Shown one piece after another: positions 10,248 through 20,599 of a stretch of DNA of 64,000 nt. Below the pieces are notes generated by a model. That model was not told where the DNA came from and did not search any database. It saw only the letters and a list, made by a program, of their open reading frames with translations. Origin of the DNA: a virus; IMG/VR virus record IMGVR_UViG_3300045988_090117, positions 4,812 through 68,811 of that record; one strand, given 5' to 3'. Within the stretch, counting starts at the first letter, position 1, and the number at the start of each line of letters is the position of its first letter. The translations under genes and the position numbers were made by a program.

Positions 10248-12455
10248 CTATTCACTAGTTAAATTTAAATTCTCAGCTGGAGTACTTCTATCTTCATCTA
10301 CTACTCCTAACCATTTCTCTCTTATTAATACACCTAGACTCGCAGATGTATCATCACTAACTACCTGTAATGTTGTTTCACCTTCATTGACCCTAAAGTA
10401 TGAACTACCAATATCTACTAAATCATTTCTTAATTCATTATTAACATAACAATCACCATTTTCAAAATCTAAATCCACTTTATCGCCTGCTTTAAAGTAT
10501 TTTATATTAGAAATTTCTTCGCTCTCAGGATTAAGTTCATATACTCTTATATCACTAATACCGACTCCACAAGCATTTTCTAACGTATCTGCCATTGTTC
10601 CTAGATATATAGCTAAGTAACTTAATGGTTCGGTAGAGTATTCGCTACTACGTTTGTTATTAGCTGATACAGATTGTGTAAATGTCCCATCATCATTCTT
10701 TTGTACTTGAGCACTATACACATAATATTGTCCTGTCTTTTTTCGTGTTAATGTAAAATATGCATTGGCATCATTCCAACTACCATACTGACCACTCATA
10801 TAATGATTAGTAACAGTTTTACCGTCTGCATCAACTGTTTTGTCTGTCTTTTCCTTTGGATTATCATTACTTGTGATTAATATGGATTTTTTACTTACAC
10901 TTACCTCAGCTTGGTTATATTCAAAATATGGGTTAATGTCACCTAAATATAATCTAAATATTTGAGTACCATTTATATCGAAGCCATATACCTCAGCTAT
11001 TCCTGTCTTATGGTCTGCGTATGCAGGGTCATTTGTGTAATCTACACTCGTATCCATACCTGCTGCTCCTTTAAGGTTATCTACATTTATATATCCATAA
11101 TGATTTTTACCATTTTTATCTTTCCAAGGTTTATAAATTCTATAAAATTTTACTGTTTGTTTACTGTTATTAGAATCTGTATATGTGTATGTATACGTTC
11201 TTTGTATTATTCTAAGTACAGTACCATAAGGTATAGTACATTCCACTTTACTACCTAGGTCAGGCTTTGTATATACAACACAACTAGCTCCTGTTAGTGT
11301 TTTACTTGGTGTAAGCCACATATTAGCTACTGTAAATTCTTGCACAGTACTCTTTGAATTATCTTTTATTTTCTGAGTTAGGTATTTAGCGTATACATAA
11401 TATGTCTTTGTTTTGTATTTTATCTTTGCCCATCCATTTTGTATAGTAACCTCTGTTAATTTTGTTCCCTTTGGGATAATCCCCTTAGATGTGTAATTAG
11501 TTCCCGGTCCGGTTCTGTAATTAAGTCCATTGGCATTTACTTCGTAATATTTAGTCTTAGTACCAGAAACTACAGTTTCTTTTACTTTTTCTTGTTCACT
11601 AAGAAAGTTATTTGGATCACCATTTTTACCACTTGACCTACACTGCATTCTCACCATTACTTTAAAGTCATCTATGTTCTTACTTAATGCGATACGGGCA
11701 CAGGCACCCTTTATTTTTTCTGAGCTATTACCTAATTCACTAAGTATAAAACTTTCACCTCCAGATGATATAGTAAAAGAACCATCTGTGCCACGACCTG
11801 CATTAATATTAGCTCCGCTCTGAATTAAAGTTCCTACACTTGTACATGGGTCATGTAGTATTAATGTTTGTTCACTCTTTGTTGTGCTTAATTGTAGTTG
11901 TGGATAATCACCTACTAATATTTTTTCTCCAGTTTTATTATTTTGTACCTGTGCAAAATGTGCATCTGCTCCAAAGCCTATACTTACATATGGTAGAGTT
12001 GCTAATTCACCATTGTTCTCAACTACTACAGTCTGTTGGCCATCTTCGGCATTGTATGCCTGTACATTATCACTATAACTATATGGTGTATGACATATTA
12101 GTTCAATGTCAGCATACCCACTCATACTATTCTTTTTCTTTACTTTTAGTGCACCTTTCAGCATTCCATATATAGTGATATTCTCACAGAATTTTATTGG
12201 TACTTCTTGTTTAGTATTTAGTATATCATGTAAACATTGTACACGAGTTTTATAATCATCCTCAGTAGATCCTATTACTGCAAGTGATATAGGAATAGAG
12301 ATGGAGTCATATTTTGCTCCATCAAATATTTCTCCATCTCTACTAGATACATTTATAGTATCAATAGACTTCTCTGGTATATATGGTTTTTCTATACTAG
12401 TTACTATTGCTAAATCATTTATCTGATTGCCATTAAAATTAAAATAATTATACAT
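10248..12455 (-). CDS. Distal tail protein (Dit) with inserted SH3b-like domains
   Basis: Lies immediately after the tape measure. The likely start MYNYFNF at 12455 (SD GAGGTGAG) overlaps the TMP stop (ATGTATAA). The internal stretch GLNYRTGPGTNYTSKGIIPKGTKLTEV..GWAKIKY is SH3b-like. Confidence 0.65.
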   Translation of the reverse strand: MYNYFNFNGNQINDLAIVTSIEKPYIPEKSIDTINVSSRDGEIFDGAKYDSISIPISLAVIGSTEDDYKTRVQCLHDILNTKQEVPIKFCENITIYGMLKGALKVKKKNSMSGYADIELICHTPYSYSDNVQAYNAEDGQQTVVVENNGELATLPYVSIGFGADAHFAQVQNNKTGEKILVGDYPQLQLSTTKSEQTLILHDPCTSVGTLIQSGANINAGRGTDGSFTISSGGESFILSELGNSSEKIKGACARIALSKNIDDFKVMVRMQCRSSGKNGDPNNFLSEQEKVKETVVSGTKTKYYEVNANGLNYRTGPGTNYTSKGIIPKGTKLTEVTIQNGWAKIKYKTKTYYVYAKYLTQKIKDNSKSTVQEFTVANMWLTPSKTLTGASCVVYTKPDLGSKVECTIPYGTVLRIIQRTYTYTYTDSNNSKQTVKFYRIYKPWKDKNGKNHYGYINVDNLKGAAGMDTSVDYTNDPAYADHKTGIAEVYGFDINGTQIFRLYLGDINPYFEYNQAEVSVSKKSILITSNDNPKEKTDKTVDADGKTVTNHYMSGQYGSWNDANAYFTLTRKKTGQYYVYSAQVQKNDDGTFTQSVSANNKRSSEYSTEPLSYLAIYLGTMADTLENACGVGISDIRVYELNPESEEISNIKYFKAGDKVDLDFENGDCYVNNELRNDLVDIGSSYFRVNEGETTLQVVSDDTSASLGVLIREKWLGVVDEDRSTPAENLNLTSE

Positions 12456-15045
12456 AATCTCTCTCACCTCTAAATCTTTCTTTTTGGTCATTGTAGTAGT
12501 CATTGGTTTCTTGTACTGACTTAGCCACCTTTTGTCCCACCACTAATTTGTCCATAAGTATTGGAGTATTAGTATCTTGTAATGCCTTTTTATATTCTTT
12601 TCCCATTTCTTTATAGTCGAATTCTTGTTTACTATCTTGCATTGCTTGTGCCATACCTTTTATAGCATAAAGTAAATTACTATCAACTGTGTTTTCACTA
12701 TTTATATTAATACCTGCTGTACTCATATTAACTTTTCCTAGGAATTTATTTGTATCTATAGTCTCTACTAGACTACTAGCATAATCTTTAATAGCTTTTA
12801 TAGTTTTACCTGCATTCGCCTCAATACCAACAGTAACACCAGCCGGTATCATTTTCCCTACCATGTCTCTAAATACTGTTGATGGGGAATGTATACCCAA
12901 AGCATCTTTTGCAGCATTTAAGGCTCTACTTGCTATATTTTGCATTGTGCTAAATAAATTACCAGCCGCATTAGTAATACCAGTAATAATACCGTGTATG
13001 ATATTACTTCCTATAGTCACCATTCTTCCAGGTAAACTACTAATACCGTTTATAATATTATCTTTGAATCTTTGTGCAGCTTCTCTACCCTTTTGAGCAA
13101 AATTTGCGGCAAAAGATATTACTCTTGAAATTGTTGATACTAGGAAAGACCATACACGACCTGGTAATTGTCTAATAAATGTACTTACACCATTTAAGAA
13201 TCTACTACCAGCTTGTTGAGCTCTACTTGCCATTTGAACTACCCAACTTCCAACACGACTAATAGTATTTACTAGCCATGTCCATACTTTACCAGGTAAT
13301 TGTTGAATAAATGTAATGGCATTTTGTACAAATTTACTACCTGCTTCATAGGCCTTTTGAGCCATCTGTCCAACCCATAGTACCGCATAAGCTACTGCAT
13401 AACATAGCCAATACCAAATAGTTTCAGGTAAGTTACTGAACCAATTTCCTATATTACTTATCATTTCAGGCACAGTTTGAGTAAAGAAGTTTTTTAGTGA
13501 ATCTATCGCATTACTGGCTATAGTTTTTATATTCTCCCAAAGATTAATCCAAAACTCTTTGAATCCATCAATATTATTCCATGCCCATATAAAAGCAGCT
13601 ACAAGAGCCGCTATGGCTGCCACGACTAATACAATTGGATTAGCTAATAATACTGCCCATAGACTTTGTAATGCAGGTATTACAGTATCAACTATTATGG
13701 GTACAATTGTATCCAGTATAATAGATTTAAAAACTAAGAAAGATGTTCTTGCTACATTAAATGCAGTTTTTAATATTCCTATCGCCTGCTTCATTTTTAA
13801 AAATGCCTGAATACCTTTACCAATAACAAGTTGTATAGGTCCTACGGCTGCAAGTAATAGTGCCAGTGATACTATTACTTGTTTAATAGGCCCTGGTAAG
13901 TTCAAGAAGGCTTGAAGTAATTTTGTTAGCATACCTACTATCAATGATAGCGGCCCAGTTGTATTACCTATATCAAGTTGTACTGCCTCCCATGCACTAC
14001 TTAATTGTTTTAATGCTCCAGTTAAATCTGAGTTCATCATATCTGACATTTTCTTTGCAGTACCATTACTTTTTTCTAGTTCTTTTGTAAAGTTATCAAT
14101 ACTGTCTGCTCCTGTATTACAAAGTATACCCATACCCTTAATACTATCCGCAGTAAATGTTGTCATAAGAGCAGCCGTCTTCTGAGCATCTCCCATGCCT
14201 TCTGTTGCCTTATCTACATCTCGTATAATATCAGTCATACTTCTAAAGTTACCATTAGCATCTTGAACTTTTACAGATGTATTTCCTATTTGTATTGCTC
14301 CATTTTTCATCTTTTGAGTCATATCTCTTATGATTGCATTTAAGGCAGTACCACCTTCACTACCTTTTAAACCGGCATCTGCGAATTTACTAAGTATTGC
14401 AGTAGTTTCTTCCAAACTCAAGCCTGCATTATGCGCATTAACTGCACAGTTCTTAAATGCTTCACCTAACATCTCTGTTGTTGTATTTGAATTAGCTTGA
14501 GCATAAGATAACACGTCAGCCATACGTCCTGCCTGGTCGGCCTCTAACCCGAATGCAGTTAGGAAATCAGTTACCAAATCGGAAGCCTGTGCTAACTCCA
14601 TTCCAGATGCTGCCGCCAAATTAAGTACTCCGGGTAAACCTGCTGCCGATTGTTGAGCATCCCAACCCGCGAGTGCCATGTATCCTAACGCATCAGCTGC
14701 CTCACTTGCACTATATACAGTTGATGCACCCATTTGTTTTGCAGTGTCCTCTAATAATTTTAAGTCACTACCCGTAGCCCCAGATAATGCCTTAACTTTT
14801 GACATTGAATGCTCAAATGTCATTTGTGTCTTTACAACACTTGCCCCTAATGCCACCACTGGGGCAGTTACTCCGGCAGTAAGTGCAGCTCCTACACTAG
14901 ATAAACTTTCCCCTGTAGCCTTTAAGCCACTGAAACTATTTTGAGTTTGTTGTACTTGACTTACTGCTCTATTTAAGTTACTATTAAAATCACTCATTTC
15001 CAATTTTAGGTGAGCTATAATGCTCCCCAAATCTACACCAGCCAT
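12448..15045 (-). CDS. Tape measure protein
   Basis: About 865 aa, alanine/glycine-rich and helical with hydrophobic central segments. It lies between the chaperone pair and Dit. The likely start MAGVDLGS follows the SD AAAGGTGG. Confidence 0.85.
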   Translation of the reverse strand: MAGVDLGSIIAHLKLEMSDFNSNLNRAVSQVQQTQNSFSGLKATGESLSSVGAALTAGVTAPVVALGASVVKTQMTFEHSMSKVKALSGATGSDLKLLEDTAKQMGASTVYSASEAADALGYMALAGWDAQQSAAGLPGVLNLAAASGMELAQASDLVTDFLTAFGLEADQAGRMADVLSYAQANSNTTTEMLGEAFKNCAVNAHNAGLSLEETTAILSKFADAGLKGSEGGTALNAIIRDMTQKMKNGAIQIGNTSVKVQDANGNFRSMTDIIRDVDKATEGMGDAQKTAALMTTFTADSIKGMGILCNTGADSIDNFTKELEKSNGTAKKMSDMMNSDLTGALKQLSSAWEAVQLDIGNTTGPLSLIVGMLTKLLQAFLNLPGPIKQVIVSLALLLAAVGPIQLVIGKGIQAFLKMKQAIGILKTAFNVARTSFLVFKSIILDTIVPIIVDTVIPALQSLWAVLLANPIVLVVAAIAALVAAFIWAWNNIDGFKEFWINLWENIKTIASNAIDSLKNFFTQTVPEMISNIGNWFSNLPETIWYWLCYAVAYAVLWVGQMAQKAYEAGSKFVQNAITFIQQLPGKVWTWLVNTISRVGSWVVQMASRAQQAGSRFLNGVSTFIRQLPGRVWSFLVSTISRVISFAANFAQKGREAAQRFKDNIINGISSLPGRMVTIGSNIIHGIITGITNAAGNLFSTMQNIASRALNAAKDALGIHSPSTVFRDMVGKMIPAGVTVGIEANAGKTIKAIKDYASSLVETIDTNKFLGKVNMSTAGININSENTVDSNLLYAIKGMAQAMQDSKQEFDYKEMGKEYKKALQDTNTPILMDKLVVGQKVAKSVQETNDYYNDQKERFRGERDYV

Positions 15046-15066
15046 ATTATTCACCACCTTTATATA

Positions 15067-15099
15067 ATTAAAAAACAGTAGAACCTTCGTCCTACTGTT
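15067..15099 (-). terminator. Hairpin plus T-tract between the chaperone genes and the TMP gene (possible attenuator)
   Basis: Minus strand reads AACAGTAG-GACGAAGGTT-CTACTGTT followed by TTTTAATTAT. Confidence 0.4.
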
Positions 15100-15106
15100 A
15101 ATTTTA

Positions 15107-15367
15107 TTACCCTAATAGTAAATCTAAACCCGGATTTTTAGTTTTACTTTCTTTAATATCCTCTATAAACGTTGGTTTCTTTGTCTTGCCATCTTTATCA
15201 GGTTGCATCATATTATATAAATATGTTGCGGCCTCGTCTATACAATAACGACCATACACATCATCCTCATCTATACCTAATAAGTCACTAGGTCTGCATC
15301 CAAAGGTCTTAGCAGTGGATATAACATTTAATATCCTTCTACTTTGGAATAGAGGGTATGGCAGCAT
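15107..15367 (-). CDS. Tail assembly chaperone, downstream (T-like) frame
   Basis: Overlaps the 3' end of 15339..15737 in the +1 frame, at the position typical of G/GT pairs just upstream of the TMP gene. Confidence 0.5.
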   Translation of the reverse strand: MLPYPLFQSRRILNVISTAKTFGCRPSDLLGIDEDDVYGRYCIDEAATYLYNMMQPDKDGKTKKPTFIEDIKESKTKNPGLDLLLG

Positions 15368-15737
15368 TTACATTGCCTTGTGCTTCACCCATTATTTGCA
15401 TCTTTTGAGTATCCGTAATCACGTCCTTAATTTCTTCATATGTTGGCTCTACTAGACTTTGTTCACATACTAAATCTATTATTTCCATTATATCTTTTAT
15501 TTTATTATCATCTTGTTCAAATAGTTCCATTGATTGACCTTTGTTAGTTTGTTCAAATAGATCATTCACTGTACCTAAAAGATTATTTGGAAGTTTTCCA
15601 CTCATCATAAGATTTAATAGACTTGCTGGTTTTATTCTTACTGCTATTTTTTCTCCTGGCTCAAATCCATCAATCTCTATTATTCTAGTCGCCTTTTTTC
15701 TAAATTCTCTTGCACTTATTACTTTTAACTCACTCAT
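15339..15737 (-). CDS. Tail assembly chaperone (G-like)
   Basis: Acidic 132-aa protein between the major tail protein and TMP genes; SD GGAGGGAAA upstream. Confidence 0.6.
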   Translation of the reverse strand: MSELKVISAREFRKKATRIIEIDGFEPGEKIAVRIKPASLLNLMMSGKLPNNLLGTVNDLFEQTNKGQSMELFEQDDNKIKDIMEIIDLVCEQSLVEPTYEEIKDVITDTQKMQIMGEAQGNVNAAIPSIPK

Positions 15738-15763
15738 TGTATTTCCCTCCTATATACATTATA

Positions 15764-16333
15764 TTATTGTGCAGGGTCTTCTGGTAAAGTATCCACAAAT
15801 GTTATTTCTTTTATTGGTAGTTTTGCTTTAGTATTTTCTCTAGCTTTTATTTCAAATTCTGGAGCAAAGAATCCATCTCCTACTGTCATTGTAGGGAATT
15901 TACCTGTACATTTATTCAATGTAACCTTTGCGTAGTTAACAATTGAGTCTCCACTGTAGTTAGCAACATATAGGTCCAATTTAAATGGTTTTGCCACATT
16001 ACCCTCACTCATCATTGGAGTGGATAATTTTTTAGGACCAGATTCAGTTCCTTCTTCTACTTTATATCCAGCAACAAGACCTGCCATTGTATCATCAAAT
16101 TGATTATCTGTTAGTTTTATATCGTACCCATAAATTAAGTCCTCAGTTCTAACAACTGCTAAGATACTAACATCATTTCTTAATATATCTTCTTCACCTT
16201 CACTAAGCACCGGTTCTAATTCAGCCTTTTGTGCAGTTTTGATATGTGCTACAACTCCACTTGTTTTAGCTTCACCTGTAGTTGGGTCAAGCTCAGTTAT
16301 TACTGCCTTTTTAATATTATATAGTATAGCCAT
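15764..16333 (-). CDS. Major tail protein
   Basis: 189 aa with a strong SD (AGGAGGTAAG). Position is between the head-tail connectors and the chaperones. The N-terminus MAILYNIKKAVITELD is typical of phi13/TP901-like tail tube proteins. Confidence 0.7.
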   Translation of the reverse strand: MAILYNIKKAVITELDPTTGEAKTSGVVAHIKTAQKAELEPVLSEGEEDILRNDVSILAVVRTEDLIYGYDIKLTDNQFDDTMAGLVAGYKVEEGTESGPKKLSTPMMSEGNVAKPFKLDLYVANYSGDSIVNYAKVTLNKCTGKFPTMTVGDGFFAPEFEIKARENTKAKLPIKEITFVDTLPEDPAQ

Positions 16334-16347
16334 ATTATACTTACCTC

Positions 16348-16704
16348 CTATTCATTATCATCATAATTAAAAATTACTGGTGTTCTACAAGTTATAGAAC
16401 ACACATAACATCTTAAATCTTGGTCATACATATCGTCACTCATATCGTGAGTAATTTCAATACCAGCTAAATATAATGCTTTTCTGACCTTATTTCTTAA
16501 CGTATCTAATTGTAGAGGACTGTGTGGAGTATAGATATATATAATCCAGTTATCCCATCCACAAAGAGTATTATCAAAACTTTGGTTAGCACTTGTTCTC
16601 ATTATTATTGCAGTATCCTCTGTGATACGTGCGGGACGGTCATGTACTGGCACTGTTTTAATCACGTCTTTTATTACATTATATATATTAAGTCTCGCAC
16701 TCAA
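16348..16704 (-). CDS. Tail completion / tail terminator protein
   Basis: Assigned from synteny only (the gene preceding the major tail protein gene). Confidence 0.4.
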   Translation of the reverse strand: MSARLNIYNVIKDVIKTVPVHDRPARITEDTAIIMRTSANQSFDNTLCGWDNWIIYIYTPHSPLQLDTLRNKVRKALYLAGIEITHDMSDDMYDQDLRCYVCSITCRTPVIFNYDDNE

Positions 16705-16718
16705 TTTTTAACCCTCCT

Positions 16719-17069
16719 TTAAAACAAGTTACGTATCATGCCTTTAAAATTGTCTATCTCACTGTCTCTTGCTTTTTCTAATATCTGATATTTACCATCA
16801 AAGTCGGCTCTTGTTTCTAAGTAGTAACCATAGTAAACACCATGTTTAATACTAATATCTAAGTCGTTCTCAGTTACTTTATATTCACCTTTCAATTTAT
16901 TTTGTGCTGTCTTAGTTCTATTTGTCCAAGGGTGATTAGCTTTTGCGTATGTCTGCATATTCTTGCTAATAGTACTACCTACTACCTTTAACTCAGCCTG
17001 CATTGTTTTGTCAAAGTTTTTTATTTTGTCATTGAATTCTTTAGTATCGAATGTTATTGTATTAGCCAT
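16719..17069 (-). CDS. HK97 gp10-like head-tail joining protein
   Basis: Size and synteny; overlaps the upstream gene by 8 nt. Confidence 0.4.
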   Translation of the reverse strand: MANTITFDTKEFNDKIKNFDKTMQAELKVVGSTISKNMQTYAKANHPWTNRTKTAQNKLKGEYKVTENDLDISIKHGVYYGYYLETRADFDGKYQILEKARDSEIDNFKGMIRNLF

Positions 17070-17463
17070 CTAAATCAACCCTTTCCAATGAAACTTGGTA
17101 TAGTAGATTATAATGCACTACATCAATTATCTCCAGTACTTTGTAATAAGCATTTTCATGAACTATAAAGTCATCTTCTTGTAATGGAAAATCTTTTACA
17201 TATGTTGCATATAGTGTGGCATATGAGTAACCTTTTATAATACCTTGGTCATTATTAGTTATACTTTTACTTCTGCCACTGGAGCTGTTATCTATTACAC
17301 ATTGTAAGTCTTGTACATAAGACATTTCTTCTTTTAATACTTTACATCCCATTGCATCCACTTCATATATATCCCTATATATTGGTACTTGATAACCATA
17401 ATTATTTATGGCACTCTGTACCTTCTTAATTACTCCAGCCTGTATTGTTTGCCTATTGCTCAT
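17062..17463 (-). CDS. Head closure / head-tail adaptor protein
   Basis: Synteny and size (133 aa). Confidence 0.4.
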   Translation of the reverse strand: MSNRQTIQAGVIKKVQSAINNYGYQVPIYRDIYEVDAMGCKVLKEEMSYVQDLQCVIDNSSSGRSKSITNNDQGIIKGYSYATLYATYVKDFPLQEDDFIVHENAYYKVLEIIDVVHYNLLYQVSLERVDLDG

Positions 17464-17752
17464 CTACTCTACGGGGCACCTTTCCTGTTATGGAGGTTGC
17501 TTTGCCGCCGTTCATGTCTTTGTTGTATTGGTCTAAAAACATTTTGGCCATATTATTCCACATATCAGCACTATTTTTTATTTTAATAGCACCTATGGTA
17601 ATCTCGTCAGCACTTGCTTTAGCCAAACAACATATATAGGCCAATTGGTATATATTATCATACATAACCGCCATTGCCATTAGTTGTTCATCTGTAAATG
17701 TAGGATACTGGTCTTCCATTATTAATACTTTTAATTGGTCAATATTTACCAT
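17453..17752 (-). CDS. gp6-like head-tail connector (DNA packaging) protein
   Basis: First gene after the major capsid protein terminator; 99 aa and helical. Confidence 0.45.
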   Translation of the reverse strand: MVNIDQLKVLIMEDQYPTFTDEQLMAMAVMYDNIYQLAYICCLAKASADEITIGAIKIKNSADMWNNMAKMFLDQYNKDMNGGKATSITGKVPRRVDEQ

Positions 17753-17766
17753 GTAACCACCTCCTA

Positions 17767-17809
17767 TAAAAAAATTGGTTAGGCTAAGCCGTGTTAGCCT
17801 CGCCTAACC
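17767..17809 (-). terminator. Rho-independent terminator after the major capsid gene
   Basis: Minus strand reads GGTTAGGC..GCCTAACC, a GC-rich hairpin, followed by AATTTTTTTAT. Confidence 0.7.
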
Positions 17810-17842
17810 TGTATATATAAGGGAATACAATGAGCTATTTAA

Positions 17843-18943
17843 TTATGCACCTATTTCAGCTTTATCACTTACATCTATTACTGCACAATTGTCTATTGCT
17901 TCAAATGAAGGTATCATAACACATGATACAACAGTTACAACTTGCACTGGATGTTTTTCCTTGAATGTAGTAACAGTAGTACCATAAGCAGCTTGAGCAA
18001 CTTGTGCATCTGTTCCTGACATTAAGTCAGATGCTTCTGGTGTAGTACCATATACAGTATTACCAAGGTTTCCACTAGGCATTAATACAACTTTGTTATC
18101 TGGTATTAATGTTACTTGTTCTGTAGCATGAGCTAAACCTGTTCCATGATCTAATTTACCGAATTTTTTACTGTATACGTATATTGATACACCAGTTACT
18201 TGTTCTATGAATGCTTGCTTTTGTTGTTCACTTACAAAGTAATGCATTGTAGAATCATCTGGATACATCATTTTTTGAACTGTATCGCAATTTATCATAT
18301 TTAAGAATGTGTTTCTATTCATAACTGCTCTTGAAGGTCTTATACCTGTTTTTAATTCCATATCATCACATATGTCTATAAGGTCTCTAACTGGGTCAGC
18401 AGTAGTTTTACTTGCTGGCAACCATGCAGCTCTAACTGCTTTGTATAAGTTAGTCATACCATAATCATATACATAACGTGCTCTACCATCTGCACTAGCA
18501 ACATCTATTTTACCATCTACCATTAATTGACATCTCATTATCTCAGCTTGAACTCTAGCACCTTCTATTAATCTAGCAGCTTCATCAAATATTTTTCTAA
18601 TAAGTGGTAGTGCCACTGTATTATCAGGATGAGCTAATAATAAGTTTAATTGTTGTCTATCTTTTTCACCAATTCTCATTGCTTCTCTAAAGAATGCCAT
18701 TTCAGTAGCAACTGCTTCGAAGCCTTCTTTTTCTCTCATACGAGCTTTAACGTCGTATTCACTTGGTTGTAATGCTACTGGAAGTCCATTAGCACCTTTT
18801 AACCAGCTTATATCAGTTCCCATACTAGTTCTTGAAGGGAATAATGTTTCAGCAAAGTATGGTTCTTTATTTATAGGGTTTTCTTTCACATATGCAGCAA
18901 TTTCTTTTGCATTTATATAATCAAATAAGTTTACGTTTGCCAT
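17843..18943 (-). CDS. Major capsid protein (lambda gpE-like family)
   Basis: 366 aa with SD AGGAGGTG. It is preceded by decoration-like and scaffold genes. The N-terminus MANVNLFDYINAKEIAAYV..LFPSR resembles the Phage_cap_E type. Confidence 0.8.
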   Translation of the reverse strand: MANVNLFDYINAKEIAAYVKENPINKEPYFAETLFPSRTSMGTDISWLKGANGLPVALQPSEYDVKARMREKEGFEAVATEMAFFREAMRIGEKDRQQLNLLLAHPDNTVALPLIRKIFDEAARLIEGARVQAEIMRCQLMVDGKIDVASADGRARYVYDYGMTNLYKAVRAAWLPASKTTADPVRDLIDICDDMELKTGIRPSRAVMNRNTFLNMINCDTVQKMMYPDDSTMHYFVSEQQKQAFIEQVTGVSIYVYSKKFGKLDHGTGLAHATEQVTLIPDNKVVLMPSGNLGNTVYGTTPEASDLMSGTDAQVAQAAYGTTVTTFKEKHPVQVVTVVSCVMIPSFEAIDNCAVIDVSDKAEIGA

Positions 18944-18956
18944 TATCTCGCACCTC

Positions 18957-19364
18957 CTATTTATTTACCACGTGGATTAAAGTATTTTTAGTGTCTAAGT
19001 TATCAGCTCCAACTAGTCTATCTTTTCTTACGAAACCATGTACTAATACTGCCACGTTTATAGCCGCGTCAGTTTCATCGAAATCGTCTAATTTTATAGT
19101 ATTGAATACTATAGCGTTTCCAGTAGCAGCTGCAGTTGTTGAGCCGGCAGCAGCTTTAGTTACATTTCCCTTTTCATCGAATGCTATTACTGTTCCTTTT
19201 TTAAGTGTTTTTGCTCCCTCAAAATCATCATCAGCCACTGCCATTGCTTTTAAGTTAGCATAAGTTATTGTTCCCGGTAAATTTACATAATGGTCAGGGA
19301 ATGCTAATATTTCTTTTTCAGGTGCTAGTATTTTCTTACTTCTTAACTTTGGCATAAATGCCAC
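18957..19364 (-). CDS. Head decoration protein (gpD-like)
   Basis: 135 aa and Ala/Gly-rich, with ..AINVAVLVHGFV.. near the C-terminus. Lies between the scaffold and capsid genes. Confidence 0.55.
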   Translation of the reverse strand: MAFMPKLRSKKILAPEKEILAFPDHYVNLPGTITYANLKAMAVADDDFEGAKTLKKGTVIAFDEKGNVTKAAAGSTTAAATGNAIVFNTIKLDDFDETDAAINVAVLVHGFVRKDRLVGADNLDTKNTLIHVVNK

Positions 19365-19375
19365 CTCCTAATTTA

Positions 19376-20023
19376 TTATTTATTATTGTTACCAAAGAAA
19401 TAATTACTATCAACTTGTTGTGCTTGTTCACTACATTGTTTACCTAAAAGTGCACCGAAGTCACCTTCATGTGTAGTTTTACTACCAAAGGCATTTAGAT
19501 TACTTGGTTTTCCTGGAGAACCAAGATTTAAAAAACCCTTACCAGGTTGTGATTCCACATTATCAAATAGGTAGGCCTTGTCCTTTTGTAATGCAGCTAA
19601 CTGGTCAGTTAATCCTTCAACAGTGCCATCTTCTTTTAATACGACTTTTTCCATGTCTAGGAATTTCATTAAGTCGTTAACATCTTTTGGCTTAGCTTCT
19701 GCTAATTCCTTATTTATGGCAGTACTTAATTTTTCCTTTTTAGCAGCTTCCTCCATGCCGGCAATTTTTTCCTCTAAGGCTTTTACTTGTTTTTCTGCTT
19801 CTGTAGGGTCTTTTACTTGCTTTTGTAAGGACTCAATTTCCTCGTTAGCCTCTGCTAACTCCGCTATTTTGGCATCTAAACGGTTTTTAGGTACATATCT
19901 ATTATCCTTATCATCTATTAATATTTTGCATCCCTGCTCCTCTAGGGCTTTTGTTATAGCTAATTCCACTTCGGCAGCATTATCAAGTGCAGCTAAAAAT
20001 TCTCTTAATTTTCTTTTTGCCAT
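19376..20023 (-). CDS. Scaffolding protein
   Basis: Highly charged coiled-coil protein (AEANEEIESLQKQVKD...). The likely start MAKRKLREF follows the SD ACAGGAGGTAAG. Confidence 0.7.
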   Translation of the reverse strand: MAKRKLREFLAALDNAAEVELAITKALEEQGCKILIDDKDNRYVPKNRLDAKIAELAEANEEIESLQKQVKDPTEAEKQVKALEEKIAGMEEAAKKEKLSTAINKELAEAKPKDVNDLMKFLDMEKVVLKEDGTVEGLTDQLAALQKDKAYLFDNVESQPGKGFLNLGSPGKPSNLNAFGSKTTHEGDFGALLGKQCSEQAQQVDSNYFFGNNNK

Positions 20024-20177
20024 ACTTACCTCCTGTTTTACGTGCATCCACGATAATATACAATGTTTTTAAAAACAAAGAAAATCTTACCAATACAAGG
20101 TTTTATGGATATCCTAGAACCCTTTGTCATATCTATATATTAATTTTCTAGGAAAAATATTAACTAAAATTGGACAA

Positions 20178-20209
20178 TAAAAAACACCCAACTGTTAAGT
20201 TGAGTGTTT
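20178..20209 (-). terminator. Rho-independent terminator
   Basis: Minus strand reads AACACTCAACT-TAAC-AGTTGGGTGTT followed by TTTTTAT. Confidence 0.65.
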
Positions 20210-20215
20210 AATAAT

Positions 20216-20587
20216 TTATTTAGCTTGTTCTTCCTCAGGTGGATATTTCTTATCATATTCTTCCGGTGTTAGTGTTAGGTCGGGATTATCTAGTAATACC
20301 TGGTGCATCATCATTCCTATCCCGTCTATAACATTTTCAAAGTCATCATAGCTAAGTCCTAATACTTGTAAATCTATACCACGCTCAAACATCATTGCAT
20401 GAGCTAGTTCGTGATAAAATGTTTGTATTAAACTTTGGTCATCTTGTAGTGAAGGGTCTAGTTGTATTGTGTGTATATTTTTATCACATATTCCCAAACA
20501 CTGTCTACCATTCATTAGTATTGGTCTATCATTTATTTCCACTTTATAATATGCACTTCCAACTCTTACTTCTTCAGGTATTATCAT
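20216..20587 (-). CDS. Small HExxH (zinc metallopeptidase-like) protein
   Basis: Motif TFYHELAHAMMFERG; 123 aa. Confidence 0.5.
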   Translation of the reverse strand: MIIPEEVRVGSAYYKVEINDRPILMNGRQCLGICDKNIHTIQLDPSLQDDQSLIQTFYHELAHAMMFERGIDLQVLGLSYDDFENVIDGIGMMMHQVLLDNPDLTLTPEEYDKKYPPEEEQAK

Positions 20588-20599
20588 ATAAATCCCTCC

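Noticed and set aside
15339-15367. A canonical -1 slippery heptamer (X XXY YYZ) for the chaperone pair
   Set aside because: None is present in the 29-nt overlap, and the downstream frame is +1, not -1.
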